Source of the DNA: Octopus sinensis
Taxonomy: Eukaryota
NCBI RefSeq assembly: GCF_006345805.1
Contig: NC_043001.1
Location: 128,712,001-128,776,000 of the forward strand
DNA: 64,000 nucleotides
Reading direction: 5' to 3'
Below, one piece after another: positions 36,540 to 50,347 of the stretch. The notes under the pieces were generated by a model that was not told the origin of the DNA, did not search any database, and saw only the letters and a list, made by a program, of their open reading frames with translations. Both the position numbers and the translations under genes were made by a program. The first letter of the stretch is position 1. Each line of letters opens with the position of its first letter.

Positions 36540-37162
36540 CACACACACACACACACACACACACAATCAAGGCGGAGAGGTAAAACCAGTTATTTACATT
36601 TTGTTTACAAGTGTTGACACGAGAGACTAAAAATTGTAGCTGTGACTTACATTAAAAACAATTCAAATTATCCTATAAACACTGTTTAGTGCATCATTAA
36701 TTAATTATTAACTAGTTAAAAAGCGAAACAACCCATCAATAATGTATTTTTTTTCCTTTTAAAGTGAGGAAATATACTAATACTACTTTGTCAATACATA
36801 GTATAGTAATATCTTATTAATGTACTTTAATATGTATCACAGACATAGCAATAAACACATACAAAACTTACTAATACATTTACACACAAATTTATGATCT
36901 TCAACTTAGAGTTACATACATACAGATACACTTACACATTGAAGTTCTCTGTGATACACCCTCTCAGACATGCGTACATTGATATACACATACACACACA
37001 ATCAGGTATCCGCACATATATACATTCACACACATCCACGTAGTTACGTTACACATACGTATAGTCACACACTAACACATCCACTCGTCAAGCACACATA
37101 AATACACTTTCAACTTAAACACATACATTTACACTAACTCACACACACACACACACACACAC

Positions 37163-37196
<34 letters not shown>

Positions 37197-37689
37197 ACAC
37201 ACAATACGCATGCGCGCAAAATGTATAGATAGTGACCCTCCTACACATTCAGAAAGATTATACTTGCATATAGCCTCTTGTGCAAATATCCGTATACAAA
37301 TATACTTTCATACAAATCCTTGCGCACATACACATTCACACCATTCTACATATACACCCATTCACAATATACACGCTACCATTTATCTCAATTCTAAATT
37401 TAAACAAACAATCTATTCTGTTAAGATGACAGTTTAAGTTGATTTAATTCCCATTGAGTAACTTCGATACTGACTTAGCGTATTCAACAATTATTCATGG
37501 AGGTGGTGTGTACAGCATACTGTCTGGAGGCCCACAACTGGACCTTATGAATTAAGTACCGGTGAAAGACTAGTTTCCTCCCCCAAGATTTCAGGCCTTA
37601 TGCTTTTAGGAAAAAGGATTATTATTATTACTAGCACATTTCTGGTTATTAAAGAAGGGTTTTGTTAGGGGAGTGGACCCGAAAGTTGT

Positions 37690-37880
37690 TGTTCGCAAGC
37701 AGCAGCAGTAATTTTCTTCAGCTGAATACACGTCATTGATTGGTTAAAATTATTCAAATACGATCACTTTAACACGAAATAACTTATAAAATACAAAATT
37801 TTGCCAAAAACGTTAAGAGTAAACCCAGTTCTATGTGACACATTCTACCAGTATCCAAAGTTTCAAAGTGTTTAGTTAAA
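37690..37880. mobile_element. Degenerate fragment of the GGATC MITE family
   Basis: gacacattctaccagtatccaaagtttcaaagtgtttagttaa. Confidence 0.5.
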
Positions 37881-38459
37881 AAAAAAAATTAATTAAAAAA
37901 TTTGGCCATCAAATTGAAAAGAGCCGACACTTGCCCAAGGTGCCACGCAGTGGGACTGAACACGGAACCACGTGGTTGGGAAGCAAGCTTCTTATCACAC
38001 AGCCTTCCTGAAAAGATAATGGTCGGCTTAGGTCAGTTTGAATGTCCGATTGTGTTTTGCATTATTTGTTCTATCCCCATCACATGGTTGTTTCATGGTT
38101 TTAATTTAACGGTTGTTTTCATTATCAGTGTAAAGTATTATTTAATTCAATTATTTATTATTTTTTTTGGAATTTTTTGATTCTTTGTAAGTCACATTAT
38201 TGCTTATTTGAGAAGAGTTCTACATTATAACACAGTTTCTCGTCTCGACGAGTAGAATGCATCTACAAAGATGCATTCTAATAGAAAAAAGCGAAACGGA
38301 GATTTAGAAACGAGGTACTTTTTGACAAGTCACCTGACGAGACGTTTGCACTCATAGTGCACCACAGCTGTTTGTACATTATCTTATCAGCGATGCACGA
38401 TGAGTCGAAACGATCGTAGTGAATAACAAAGAATCGGGGATTCCATTTAATTACTCTCA

Positions 38460-38829
38460 TCTCTCTATATATAAACGGCAGTTTGTCTGTCTGCGTGTCT
38501 GTGTGTCTGTCAGATTGTACCCTCACCCTGACCACGGCTTTCAACCGATTCTGATGAAACTTGACACACACATAGCCCAATGTCATAATTCAAAACTAAC
38601 GCAGCGAAAATTTTGAAAAGTTCCCCCAGTTCTGAAAGAAATCGATAAATTCGACATGGGGTCGAGAATCAGAAACACAAACCACAGACTGTCTAGGGGA
38701 CGCAACTCGACCTTTTTAACTCTCAAAAAAATTTACCATAATTTTTTTGCTATTTTTTGGCTATAACTCTAAAAATGCTTTATAGTTATTTCCCTTACAA
38801 ACCCGAGCAACGCCGGGCGATACTGCTAG
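38460..38829 (+). mobile_element. Non-autonomous Helitron, second subfamily
   Basis: A|TC start, cccgagcaacgccggg hairpin, CTAG|T end. Confidence 0.9.
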
Positions 38830-39374
38830 TATTTTATAAACTCTACGGACACAGGAATTCCTGAAGTAAATCCAGTGGCATATACCTCCATACTATTGGC
38901 ATCAGGTTGCTAAATACTGTGAATGGGCTTTAAACGGCTACTACAAAGTGTATTCCTGAATATAAAATTACACACACACACACACACATGGTGGGATGAA
39001 CTCTTTGGTTTCGACTAATGGAACATCCAACTGTTCAATCACCTGGATGATCTGTTTATTGAATTAGTCTGAAAAGTAGCCGAGAATTTCATAGACACGC
39101 GTAGTCTTAACGCAATTCTCAAACAGAATCTGCATCACAGCGTAACTAGGACGGACCTTTGTATTACTGGTATAGTTTATTTAGCGGGTTTCTATGTAGT
39201 TTCATTCTGCTCAAATTTACTCACAAGGCTTGGTGCAACTCAAAGATAGGGTAAAGAGGAAAAAAAAAACTTGCCCAAGATACCACGCGGTGGAATTAGA
39301 CCCAGGATTTCATGTTGGCGAAGCGAAACCTCTTCACCACCTAGCCGCACTCACAGACACACACACCTGTATGT

Positions 39375-39760
39375 GGAAGCACTCCATCGGTTACGACGAT
39401 GAGGGTTCCGGTTGATCTGAATCAACGGAACAGCCTGCTTGTGAAATTAACGTGTAAGTGGCTGAGCACTCCACAGACACGTGTACCCTTAACGTAGTTC
39501 TCGGGGATATTCAGCGTGACACAGAGAGTGACAAGGCCGGTCCTTTGAAATACAGGTACAACAGAAACAGGAAGTAAGAGTGAGAGAAAGTTGTGGTGAA
39601 AAAGTACAGCAGGGATCACCACCATCCCCTGCCGGAGCCTCGTGGAGCTTTAGGTGTTTTCGCTCAATAAACACTCACAACGCCCAGTCTGGGAATCGAA
39701 ACCGCGATCCTATGACCGCGAGTCCGCTGCCCTAACCACTGGGCCATTGCGCCTCCACGA
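39375..39760 (-). mobile_element. SINE family D
   Basis: 12-bp TSD acacctgtatgt. Confidence 0.95.
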
Positions 39761-40411
39761 ACACCTGTATGTATGTATGTATGCAGGCATTGCTATAATA
39801 TCTTACGTAACTTAGTATTTCGTTTCATAAGCGAATCTTTGAAACGTCTTATTGTAGCAATGTTATAAACTTCTGCACCTTTTCTCCACCGACATGTCAT
39901 GTCTCTCTCTCTCTCTTTACCTGCATCAATCTCCCCCCCCCCACTCCCTCTCTCATTCACCCGGTCCTTGTGTCAAGATCGAGAACACGCTAGCCCTTTC
40001 TATCCAATTCCCTTGTTCTCTTGTTCATTTGTGTATTTGTCATTCTCCTTCAAAAGGAGCAATGTCAAGACACTGGTCTCCTTCCTTTGTCGCTTGCCAA
40101 GTCTCTGCTCTAACCTTTTGGATTTCTTTCTCTTTCTTTCTCTCTCTCTCGTTCTCGTTAGCTGCCCCCTCTCTATCTATCTCTATAATATTCCTCTACT
40201 CTTCTCTGTTTTCCCTTCCTGCTTCCTTCTGATGTCTAGTAGGGACACACACACACACACACGTAGATACGCGTGCTGAGTAAATGCACGCATGAATGAT
40301 TTCATATGATACGATTATATGATCCGATATCTTTCATTATACACACGAAATTCTATCAAGGGTCAGCTCCCAAATTGGAAGGCTGCAAAACCAGGATGGA
40401 ACGTATAACAA

Positions 40412-40471
<60 letters not shown>

Positions 40472-40511
40472 GTAACACGCACGCACACACATACGTATGT
40501 CTGTCTGTCTA

Positions 40512-40577
<66 letters not shown>

Positions 40578-40708
40578 TAATGTAATGCACATCTATAATT
40601 TGGTAGATGTAAACATATTTAATCTCACCGTGAAGAATTTTCCGGGCCAAAAGTTTGCATATAGAGAGCGCAAGAAATTATCCATTGTACTACAATTGTA
40701 GTTTACGC

Positions 40709-40752
<44 letters not shown>

Positions 40753-41106
40753 GCGCACGCAAGCATATGCATGTAATAACCATGGACTCTCCATTTATCT
40801 GCAGCATTCTACATGGCCAGAGTTGAAAACAGGGTGTTTTCTGAACAGAACAGAATTATATCCGCTATATATGCATACCCACAATTCTGAATACGGGAGA
40901 AGGTTCAGTATAACAACGGAGGTGAAGTGGAGTGGGGGTAAATTTAGGGATTCCAGTGGCAAACCTTTTTTAGGTTTAAGAATTCTTTATCATTATTCGC
41001 GCTATTTTCACACTATCTTCCTTAATCTTTATTTTTCCTTTTGCCTGTTTCACTCATTTGACTGCGGCCATGCTGGGGCATCTCCTTGAAGAATTTTTAG
41101 TCGAAT

Positions 41107-41474
41107 ATGCCCAGTGGTTACGGCATCGGACTCGCGGTCGTAGGATCGCGGTTTCGGTTCCCAGACCGGGCGTTGTGAGTGTTTATTGAGCGAAAACACC
41201 TAAAAGCTCCACGAGGCTCCGGCAGGGATGGTGGTGATCCCTGCTGTACTCTTTCACCACAACTTTCTCTCGCTCTTACTTCCTGTTTCTGTTGTACATG
41301 TATTTCAAAGGGCCGGCCTTGTCACTCTCTGTGTCACGCTGAATATCCCCGAGAACTATGTTAAGGGTACACGTGTCTGTGGAGTGCTCAGCCACTTACA
41401 CGTTAATTTCACGAGCAGGCTGTTCCGTTGATCGGATCAACCGGAACCCTCGTCGTCGTAACCGACGGAGTGCT
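41107..41474 (+). mobile_element. SINE family D (5'-truncated)
   Basis: Starts cccagtggtta..., ends gacggagtgct. Confidence 0.92.
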
Positions 41475-41678
41475 AAAAAAAAAAAAACATTAAATCAACC
41501 CTATCTTCATTTGTACCAGTTACGCACTGAGAGTCGATGTAATCCCTTTGTCTGTCCACAAACCAAAGAAGAGAAATCAACAATTTAATTAGAGAATTCC
41601 TTAACGGAATATAAAATGGAAACGAGCCCAAGCCGTCGCTTGAGCAGAAAACTTATTCAACTTAATGAATAGTATGTA

Positions 41679-41790
41679 GTGACGTTCATATTCCAGTGTG
41701 CGCACACGCAACGTCATTCTTCAGTGCGCATGTGCGGGGTTGGAACCTTCTGGAAAGGCATAGGGAAGTTCCCTCATGCGCATGCGCTAG
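41679..41790. promoter_or_regulatory. Putative promoter/enhancer motif cluster
   Basis: TGACGT (41680), ACGTCA (41711), TGCGCATGTGC (41725), gGAAccTTCtgGAAa HSE (41742-41756), GGGAAGTTCC kB-like (41763-41772), TGCGCATGCGC NRF1 (41777-41787). Confidence 0.5.
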
Positions 41791-42099
41791 AGACTGAAGG
41801 GGACAGACTAGGGCGTTTTCCTTAATAGCGCCGTGACGACCTGCTCTGTGGCTGTTGAATACCTGTTCTGTTGTTGCTGAATTGTTGTAACAAGCTTACA
41901 AACGTTAAAATTCAGCCTTGCTATTTCGCACCTAGTGGATACCAAGATACCAACGAACTTCTTTTGTAAATAAGAAAATAAAGAGTTATATATATATTTT
42001 AAGGTTGCGTTACTTGTTCCTGACTGGTAGTCTCTGGAATCTAAAGAAAAGAAATTGTGTTGCACCCAAGTTGCACCCCACAGGTGTAAAGAACCAACC

Positions 42100-42945
42100 A
42101 GTTCCCTTTACAAGTATCTCTAATCAGCACGGAGATGTATCATTTTTGGATGCTCCTGGTAGTACCGAAAAAATATTTTTCACAAATTAATTCCTAGTTA
42201 AAGTTCTCAAGCAAAATAAAATTGCTGTTGTAGACTCTTTTGGTGCGTCTATTACACTGTTACCTGGAGGACGCAGAGCTCATTTTAAATTGAAGCCTGT
42301 TTTTGATGAAGCTGTTTGTGAAATTATTAAAACTTCAATCATGGGAGAGATTTTTTTTAAAAATGTGTACTTATGGTCTGTGATTAATGTATAATGGCCC
42401 ATACAAAATCGTCGAAGTCCCTGACCAAAAACTCTCCAAAATGCTAACATTCACAAAACACTGATGAGTGGTATAACTGTTGCCTGATCAGGAGAATGTT
42501 CTGAATCTCTGCTAGTAAAACCTAAGGGAATAAAAGTTTACGAAATTCGTGCACACTTTAAATCTGTCTGTAGCGTAGTGTTAAGACCTTAACGTTGACA
42601 ACGAACACGCGAACAAGACTTTATGAAAATCGTAGCATTGAAATATTTTCTCAGAACTTGCTACAGTTTAGAAAAGGAGAAAATCCTGAGGACTCTGTCA
42701 GTAAGGTAATTAACAAAAAAAAAATTATTTACTTACTTTAGATATTGTACAAAGACTTTATTTGTCTGTGTGAAACATTGGCGCTAAAAAATTACTCCAA
42801 AACACCCCAAGGGATTCTTATATTCACATATCGATTAAAAGGAAGATCTCAAAAATCCAATGAAATTTCTAAATTATTTGACATTTCCAGGATTATCATT
42901 TCACAAATTACAACTTCTTTAATGCTTGTACGAAATACCTAATGC
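42100..42945 (+). pseudogene. Helitron PIF1-like helicase remnant
   Basis: FLDAPGSTEKIFF..VLKQNKIAVV..ITLLPGGRRAH; D*CIMAPYK (DE motif II); SGITVA*SGE; LTTNTR; LCETLALKN; SLMLVRN. Confidence 0.85.
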
Positions 42946-43079
42946 GTTATTTATATTTGTGTTTTTAAACACAATATGTCTGTAAGAGATAGTATCTCCG
43001 AACGAATTCTACAGATAATTTGCCTTTTCACGACGTATATGCTTTAAGTATGATACACAGATGACTATGTTGATCACTA

Positions 43080-43292
43080 TTTCTTTATTGCTCACAGGGG
43101 GTTAAAAATAGAGGGGATAAACAAGGACAGACAGAGGGATTACATCGACCCTCAGTGCGTAACTGATACTTATTTAATCGACCCCGAAAGGATGAAAATC
43201 AAAGTCGACCTCGGCGGAATTTGAACTCAGAACGTATTGGCAGACGAAATACCGCTAAGCATTACGCCTGGCGTGCTAACGATTCTGCCAGC
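43080..43292 (-). mobile_element. SINE family B
   Basis: Match to family B, 5'-truncated. Confidence 0.88.
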
Positions 43293-43754
43293 ACTAGTAT
43301 TGCTTCTGTTACAAATAACGGATTTTTATTCAACCGGGCAGCTAATTGCAGCACCAGTGATTTTTCAGTCACTGTCTTTCTATCCCAACAGCGTTAGATG
43401 TCTTAGCAGTGGATACATGTCATTGACAAAGTCTAAGGAGACAGAAATGCATATCGAGTCTTCTCACAGCTGCTGGATGTCGTTCGTCTTCTCACTGATA
43501 TACTTGTGCTGTTTAACACAGTACGTCCACAAGAAATATAATCTCTTGACGAATACAGCACTAAAATTTCATTTTCGCGATGTGCCTGCATTAAGTTTGA
43601 TACGCAGATGGCTATTTTAATCTAACAGTATTTCCGTTGCACATAACGGATATATATATATATTATATATATTGATCAAAATAAAAATAAAAATAAAAAC
43701 ATGAGGCGAAGGATTATGTATATATATATATATATTATTATTATTATTATATGT

Positions 43755-44045
43755 AGAAAAATACAAACTGGGACAAGAACGCAAAACACTTAGAAGACGA
43801 TACAAAAAACACGGACGGGACATTCGAAGCCCTCAATCTTCAGTCAAGAACCGGATCATCGTAGCAATTTCGGCTGATATAACGGGAAGGTTTACGAAAA
43901 TAAATAAAAGACGAAGGCAGGTGGAGTACAAACAAAGAGATGTATTAGTATAACGCTCAGGAATAGAAAAAGTCTTTTACGTTTCGAGCCTACGCTCTTC
44001 TACAGAAAGAGACACAGAAAAAACAAGGAGAGAAACAAGGAGAGG
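43755..44045 (-). mobile_element. Penelope-like pLTR-derived repeat
   Basis: Contains the gaagagc...gctcgaaacgt motif; second copy at 45978-46170. Confidence 0.65.
43973..44010 (-). ncRNA. Minimal type I hammerhead-like motif (core CUGUAGA)
   Basis: tcttt-CTGTAGA-a-GAGC-gtag-GCTC-GAAA-CG-TA-aaaga. Confidence 0.6.
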
Positions 44046-44239
44046 AAAAAACAGGAGAGAAAAGGCGATAGAGGAGAGAGACAGAAGGGAAAGAGGAGAG
44101 AGAAAGAAGAGAGAGAAGAGAGAGGGAGAGAGAGAGAGAGAGAGGAATACCCCATTCCAGTAGTTTATTGGATTCAATTCAAAAAGCTTATACAAACACA
44201 CGCTACCTACAAATCAATTTGCCACGTGACACATCTTCA

Positions 44240-44495
44240 GTAACCGCCACTATCGCCACCACCATCACCACCACCGCCGCCGCCACTACCACCGCCACCA
44301 CCGCCACCACCGCCACCACCACCACTACCACCACCGCCACCACTACCACCGCCACCACCACTATCACTACCACCGCCACCGCTACCACTACCACCGCCAC
44401 CACTACCACCACCGCCACCACCACTACCACCACCACCACTACCACCGCCACCACTACCACCACCGCCACCACCACTACCACCACTACCGCCGTCG
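44240..44495. repeat. (ACC)/(ACT)/(GCC) trinucleotide tract
   Basis: Directly visible. Confidence 0.95.
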
Positions 44496-45103
44496 TCACC
44501 ATCTCTACTACTATCATCGTTATCAGATTTAATATCTACTAAAAACATTCTTCTCTTTGAAGCGATAACACCGACATTGGAGTGTGATAAGAGAGGTGAG
44601 ACGGGGGGGGGGAGTAATTTTAAAGCAAACAAATAAAAGCAAAAGAAAAAAAGCATATTAATAAACATACACGTAGTCCCTTTCTTCTTGATTAAGCAAT
44701 AAAAAAATTATACATCAAGGCATTTAGTCTGTCACAGTATCATTTGTTCCGCTCCAACTGCGTAATACATATTTGTATATTTGTGTGTGTGTGTGTGTGT
44801 CTCCCTCCCCTCTCTGTATGCATAAGTATGTTAATGTGAGTTTCTACATATATATGTATGTATGTATGTGTATATGTGTAAGTGCATGTATGTCTGTGTG
44901 TATGTGTCTGAGTAAGTATGAGCAAGTGTGTATGTATACGTATGTGTAAACTGATTTCTTGGCAGTCACAAATATACACACATACAATCATAATATACAT
45001 ATATATATATATATATATATACATAAATACACATTCACATTCACATATATACACACCTACACAATATATATACATATATATATATGAACATGCATTCATA
45101 CAT

Positions 45104-45466
<363 letters not shown>

Positions 45467-45811
45467 TACACACAACTTTAAAAAAAACGAATGATGCAGA
45501 AAAAAGAAACAAACCACACTTATACCTTGACAGGAACAAGAAAATAAATAATAAAATAAATGGCGGTAAACAAGAACAAAAAATGCTTCGTATAGGACGA
45601 GACTTCAAAAGCCTATGTCTACAGGACATGTCGGAAACAATACTGTAGAAACGTGCGCATAAAATCAGTGATTTTGTACTTCATGTGGAAGATTATAGAT
45701 AGTCACATTTCGTTTCAAAGTTTCTTTCTTCTCAAAATTATATATATTTGTAAAAAAACTGTTTTGATTTTGTTTTCATTTTCTGAAGAGACATTCACAC
45801 AAGCACAAATA

Positions 45812-45877
<66 letters not shown>

Positions 45878-45977
45878 CACACACACACACACACACATCA
45901 GGGTTGCCACTCATCAAATAAAACACCCAGATCCTATTTTATAAACCCAGATGTAAGAAAATAGGTATATAACTGGT

Positions 45978-46170
45978 AACGGGAAAGTTTACGAAAATAA
46001 ATAAACAAAAGACGAAGGTAGGTGGAGTACAAACAAACAAATGTATGTATTAGTATGGCGCTCAGGAATAGAAATAGAAAAAGTCTTTTACGTTTCGAGC
46101 CTACGCTCTTCGACAGAAAGATACACAGAAAAAAACAAGGAGAGAAAAAAATGCGTGTAAGAGCTAACGA
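45978..46170 (-). mobile_element. Penelope-like pLTR-derived repeat
   Basis: Homologous to 43880-44045. Confidence 0.65.
46084..46121 (-). ncRNA. Minimal type I hammerhead-like motif (core CUGUCGA)
   Basis: tcttt-CTGTCGA-a-GAGC-gtag-GCTC-GAAA-CG-TA-aaaga; stems I and II fully paired. Confidence 0.6.
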
Positions 46171-46263
46171 TCTATCATGGCGTCCTGGTAATATAATTGG
46201 TAATTTAACGATGAAATTATATGACAAAATGAATACAGAATTTAATACTTACTTTATATCACA

Positions 46264-46665
46264 CTAGCAGTATCGCTCGGCGTTGCTCGGGTTTGTAAGG
46301 GAAATAACTATATAAGCATTTTTAGAGAGTTATAGCCAAAAAATAGCAAAAAAAATGCATTAAAAATGGAAAAAAAATTATGGTAAATTTTTTTTATAAT
46401 CGTTGACTCATCGTAGACATTTTTAGAGAGTTACTTCCCTTATATAATAGCGAAAAAATGCATTAAAATGGGAAAAAATGATGTTAAATTTTTTTTAAAT
46501 CGTAGACTCATCGTAGACGCGCGCTAATACCCAGAAGGGCTCGATATGAATCACGACTATAAGATACCCGCTGTTGGTTAAACTGCACCGCAAAATGTGG
46601 GAGTAGTTAGGAATCTAAATCGTAGGAGACAGACACGCACACAACTTCACTTTTATATATAAAGA
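46264..46665 (-). mobile_element. Non-autonomous Helitron (same subfamily as 29551)
   Basis: Minus strand A|TC...hairpin...CTAG|T. Confidence 0.92.
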
Positions 46666-46917
46666 TGGCAGCTAATTGTGAATTTCGTACATATCCACAT
46701 CATCTTCATTCACTCCTTCAATGGTGACAGACTCGTTTTCTTCCTTTCTGAAGTTCAATCTACTCGTATATCTACGATGACAAGACCCATTCACTACATC
46801 TTTAATAAATTTAGCGTTCGGCTCCCAAGAAATGCATGACGCTCCCTTTCTTGTAATAGCTTGTTTAGCGAGTAGACGACCGGTGATCGTTTCGGCCTTC
46901 AACCTATTACTGAACTT

Positions 46918-47344
46918 GGATCTTTTCGGTTTGAATGGCAGTTTTTAACATAATTTGTAGGAAACTAAAAAATTTTAAACTTCGTATACTGGTAGAATGT
47001 GTTTATAAAACGTCTTTTTCTCTTGGCTTTATTGAGAAAATTCTATAGTTTGTAAGATATTTGTTGTTTTTTTTCCTTCAATTTCTGCAATTTCAACCAA
47101 TCAGTGACGTCTATTGAGGTAAAAAAACATTCTGTGCCGTATGAATATGTCCTTCGTTTAAGAAACAGATTGGGTTTATTTACATTTGTGAAGAAAAAAA
47201 GATACCCTTCCCCCACCCTAACCCTAACTAACCCTAAATCTAAAGTAGATTGAAATGCAATAGATCGATACTAGGGTCATAATTATGGGTGACCATTTCA
47301 TATGACACCACTAGAAAAAACTGCCGTTCAAACCGAAAAGATCC
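46918..47344 (+). mobile_element. GGATC MITE (~430 bp) with internal (CCCTAA)n
   Basis: TIR ggatcttttcggtttgaa(t/c)ggcagtttt; TSD ctgaactt / gtgaactt. Confidence 0.92.
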
Positions 47345-48079
47345 GTGAACTTTGTCTTTGGGCAATTTACTTGGGAAAATATGCGCTCCACGCACGCTCA
47401 TGAATGAGGTAACACCGTTAAATTAGTCATGAATTGTGACAGCCTCTCAAATTTAGTGTGGTGAAGCTCATCTTTAAGATTGCGTATGGAATACTAGAAT
47501 TCAGGGATGCTTTTTGAGGAAACAGGAATATTCGAAATCAGTGACAGTAGTTACTGGGAAAAACATTAAATAGATATTTGCAAACAGGTCTCTCTTCACC
47601 GAAAACCGGTGATTACCGTACGTTGACAAGAGGCAAATACCTTGAAAAACTGCAGTCCGTGCGTATCACTTAGGTTTACGAGAGAGGGATGACCTCCCTT
47701 TGCAAATTTCATAAGGGCACAGAAAGTGTGCCTAAAGCCAGCTGGAGACGATGATCTCCTGGGACTAAAAGCTACAGTAACACCCACCCTTAGTGGTTAG
47801 CCATATTGAGATGGCTAGTATACTTTACGTAGGAATATTCTTATATTGCCGAAATAATCTCCACTCATCGTTTAGTTCATCAAGTGTGTTTTCTGGTGCA
47901 ATTGCTGGAACGTTTGATGCCAAGGGAATTATCGACTGAGGGAAGTTAGTGAGACTGCGTGCTACTTTTGGATCAGGTGTTTCTAGGAGGGCAAACACTC
48001 CAGCTTCCTCGAGAGGAAAGCGCATTTTTATTTGAGAGCATAATTCTATTAAAAAGATTTTTGCAATCAGTTTTGAATC

Positions 48080-48245
48080 TAGCTGTGTGTGGGGGAGGTA
48101 TGTATGTATCTATCTATCCAGCCATCTATCTACACACAAACACACATATCTTTGTGTGTGTGTGTAAATATATACATATATATATACCTATGTTCCTCTA
48201 TGTATATATAAACATATATTTCTCTCTCTCTCTCTTTCTCTCTCA
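48080..48245 (-). repeat. Inverted copy of 50858-51020 inserted in the transposase CDS
   Basis: Same order of microsatellite blocks plus the unique ctatgttcctctatg and tccagccatctatc segments. Confidence 0.85.
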
Positions 48246-49282
48246 ACGATGGGGTTTTGTTTCAGATATCTCATTGCGCATCCACTCATATCTTTGTGAT
48301 TTGTTGTGTTATTAAGACCAATATCTGATAATTTAGATACAGCTAAAACATTTCTTTTATAAAGCAACTAAGGATATTTTTTATTTCATTGGATACAAGT
48401 ATATGCAACAGATGCAGTCAAAAGTGTTCCGATTGAAATTTGACATTAAGAGCATTTACTTTCTTTAATATATAATGTAAGAAGAGCAGCATGTACTTCA
48501 TCCCTTTGTTAATCATTGTTTCATAGATCCTTTTTGCTCTGTCCACTTTTTCTACTTTAGCCTCTGACTGAAAATAAAGTACAAGGGCATCCCACTATTC
48601 TAATATAACGTTAATTACATTTCCACACGACAACTTTGCGAAAGCTTTGGAATCTTGTTTTCTTTTGTGCCAACAACACTTTGTATCATATTGAAATCAT
48701 TTTGACGTTTGCTACTTCGAGAAAAGTAAAAAGTTAAGCCCTTTAAAAAGGACTCGAGATACGAAGGTAACACCTTCACTGTATGACTTGAACAAAGTGC
48801 AAACGAATGGCAAACACAGCCTATTGTAAATAGTCGGAATATCGTTTCTCAATAACTTTTGAAACCCGCTCTTGTTACCCATCATTATTGAGCAATTAAC
48901 GCTGGCAAATCCAAGTATGTTGCTCATAGATGCATTTTCTTCTGACAGCATCGTACAAACCCTGAGACGAACCATTTTCTACTACAATTGTATCCAGAAG
49001 AGCATCCTTGACATTAAACGATTGTTCATAAAAAAAGCGAATAACTTTTGCTAAGATTTGTGTCACTTGAGATGTCCGTACTCTCATCTATCAATAATGA
49101 AAACTTTCGTTTTTTGAGAATTTCCAAGATTTCATTTTGTTCATGATGTGCAATTCCGTCTTGCATAATGTATGTTAATTTTGTTTTTTTCATTTGTAGA
49201 CTTTTAGCTATTTCATTATCGAGAAAGGCCTTTTTGCAAATTTCAGCAAAGTGATTTATATGGACGAAAGGTACGTGATGTT

Positions 49283-49508
49283 ACTGGCAGAAGCGTTAGC
49301 ACGCCAGGCGAAATGCCTGGCAGTATTTCGTCTGCCGTTACGTTGTGAGTTCAAATTCCGCCGAGGTCGACTTTGCCTTTCATCCTTTCGGAGTCGATAA
49401 ATTAAGCACCAGTTACGCACTGGGGTCGATGTAATCGACTTAATACCTATGTCTGTCCTTGTTTGTCCCCTCTATGTTTAGCCCCTTGTGGGTAATAAAG
49501 AAATAGGA
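49283..49508 (+). mobile_element. SINE family B (5'-truncated)
   Basis: 10-bp TSD acgtgatgtt. Confidence 0.93.
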
Positions 49509-49869
49509 ACGTGATGTTCAGCAACATAACCTGTTAGTAGCAAGTCTGCCTTCGCTACTTTTTCATTTAAGGTATCATCTGTTTTTTTAGCAATAAATGA
49601 AACTAAATTAACAGCAGATTTTGTACAATCAAAAGCTTTCTTGTGTTTGGCAGCATTGATTTGTTAGCATTTTCCAACACAACGTTGGAACAAACGCAGT
49701 AGAAGGTGTCAGGGTTTTTATCATTTTGCCGTAACCAATCCTTAAACTTCGCATCCGCCAACCACGACTTCTTGAAATTTTGAGTGTACCACTTCCTCTT
49801 TTTGGACACACTATTGTCTGCCATTACTTCGCAAAGAGTTATAAAACAAAAACATACACACTCGAAATG

Positions 49870-50093
49870 TTAACCCTTTCGTTACCAACCCGGCCAAAAC
49901 CGGCCCTGGCTCTGTAGTACAAATGTCTTGTTTTCATAAGTTTTGCATTAAAATCTTCCACCAAACCTTAGTCACAATTTATGTTCCTAACACTAGTTTA
50001 ATGATAACTAAGTTATTTTACTAAATTCTTTGTTATATCCAAAGTAATTAAAAGAAACACAGAGCATCTCAAAATAAATACAGTAACAAAAGG
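49870..50093. mobile_element. piggyBac-like MITE
   Basis: TTAA|ccctttcgttac ... gtaacaaaagg (right TTAA lost). Confidence 0.6.
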
Positions 50094-50347
50094 CAAATTT
50101 TAAATCACGAGTAACAATCGAAGCGTACACCATCAACACAGTCTAGCTGTCAACTGGCGGTGCCAGAGTTTCAGACAGGTGTACAAGCGACCACCAAAGT
50201 GTTGTAACTTGTAGTTATCCGGTATGATACAGGTATAAACAAAAATTGAACACATACGATTGGTAATTACGTCACATACAATATTTGTATTAAAAAATTC
50301 ATTACGTGTGATGGTTATGGATGATATATAAAAAGTTTACAAAGTAT

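Larger units (their letters stand above)
47825..49824 (-). pseudogene. hAT transposase pseudogene, interrupted by a SINE and a templated insert
   Basis: N-terminal MADNSVSKKRKWYTQNFKKSWL..KFKDWL zinc-finger-like region; NILGFASVNCSIMMGNKSGFQKLL; CHSF; WDALVLYF; QIKMRFP; ELNDEWR; multiple frameshifts and stops. Confidence 0.85.

Noticed and set aside
38278-38460. SGDLS-containing ORF as the FUZ GDLT exon
   Set aside because: The surrounding residues do not fit FUZ and no splice sites were found; possibly a TE remnant
31483-41431. Recurrent ORF MVVIPAVLFHHNFLSLLL...
   Set aside because: Translation of SINE family D
44168-44668. Thr-rich, Val-rich and Gly-rich ORFs (mucin-like or glycine-rich)
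   Set aside because: All frames are translations of an (ACC)n microsatellite
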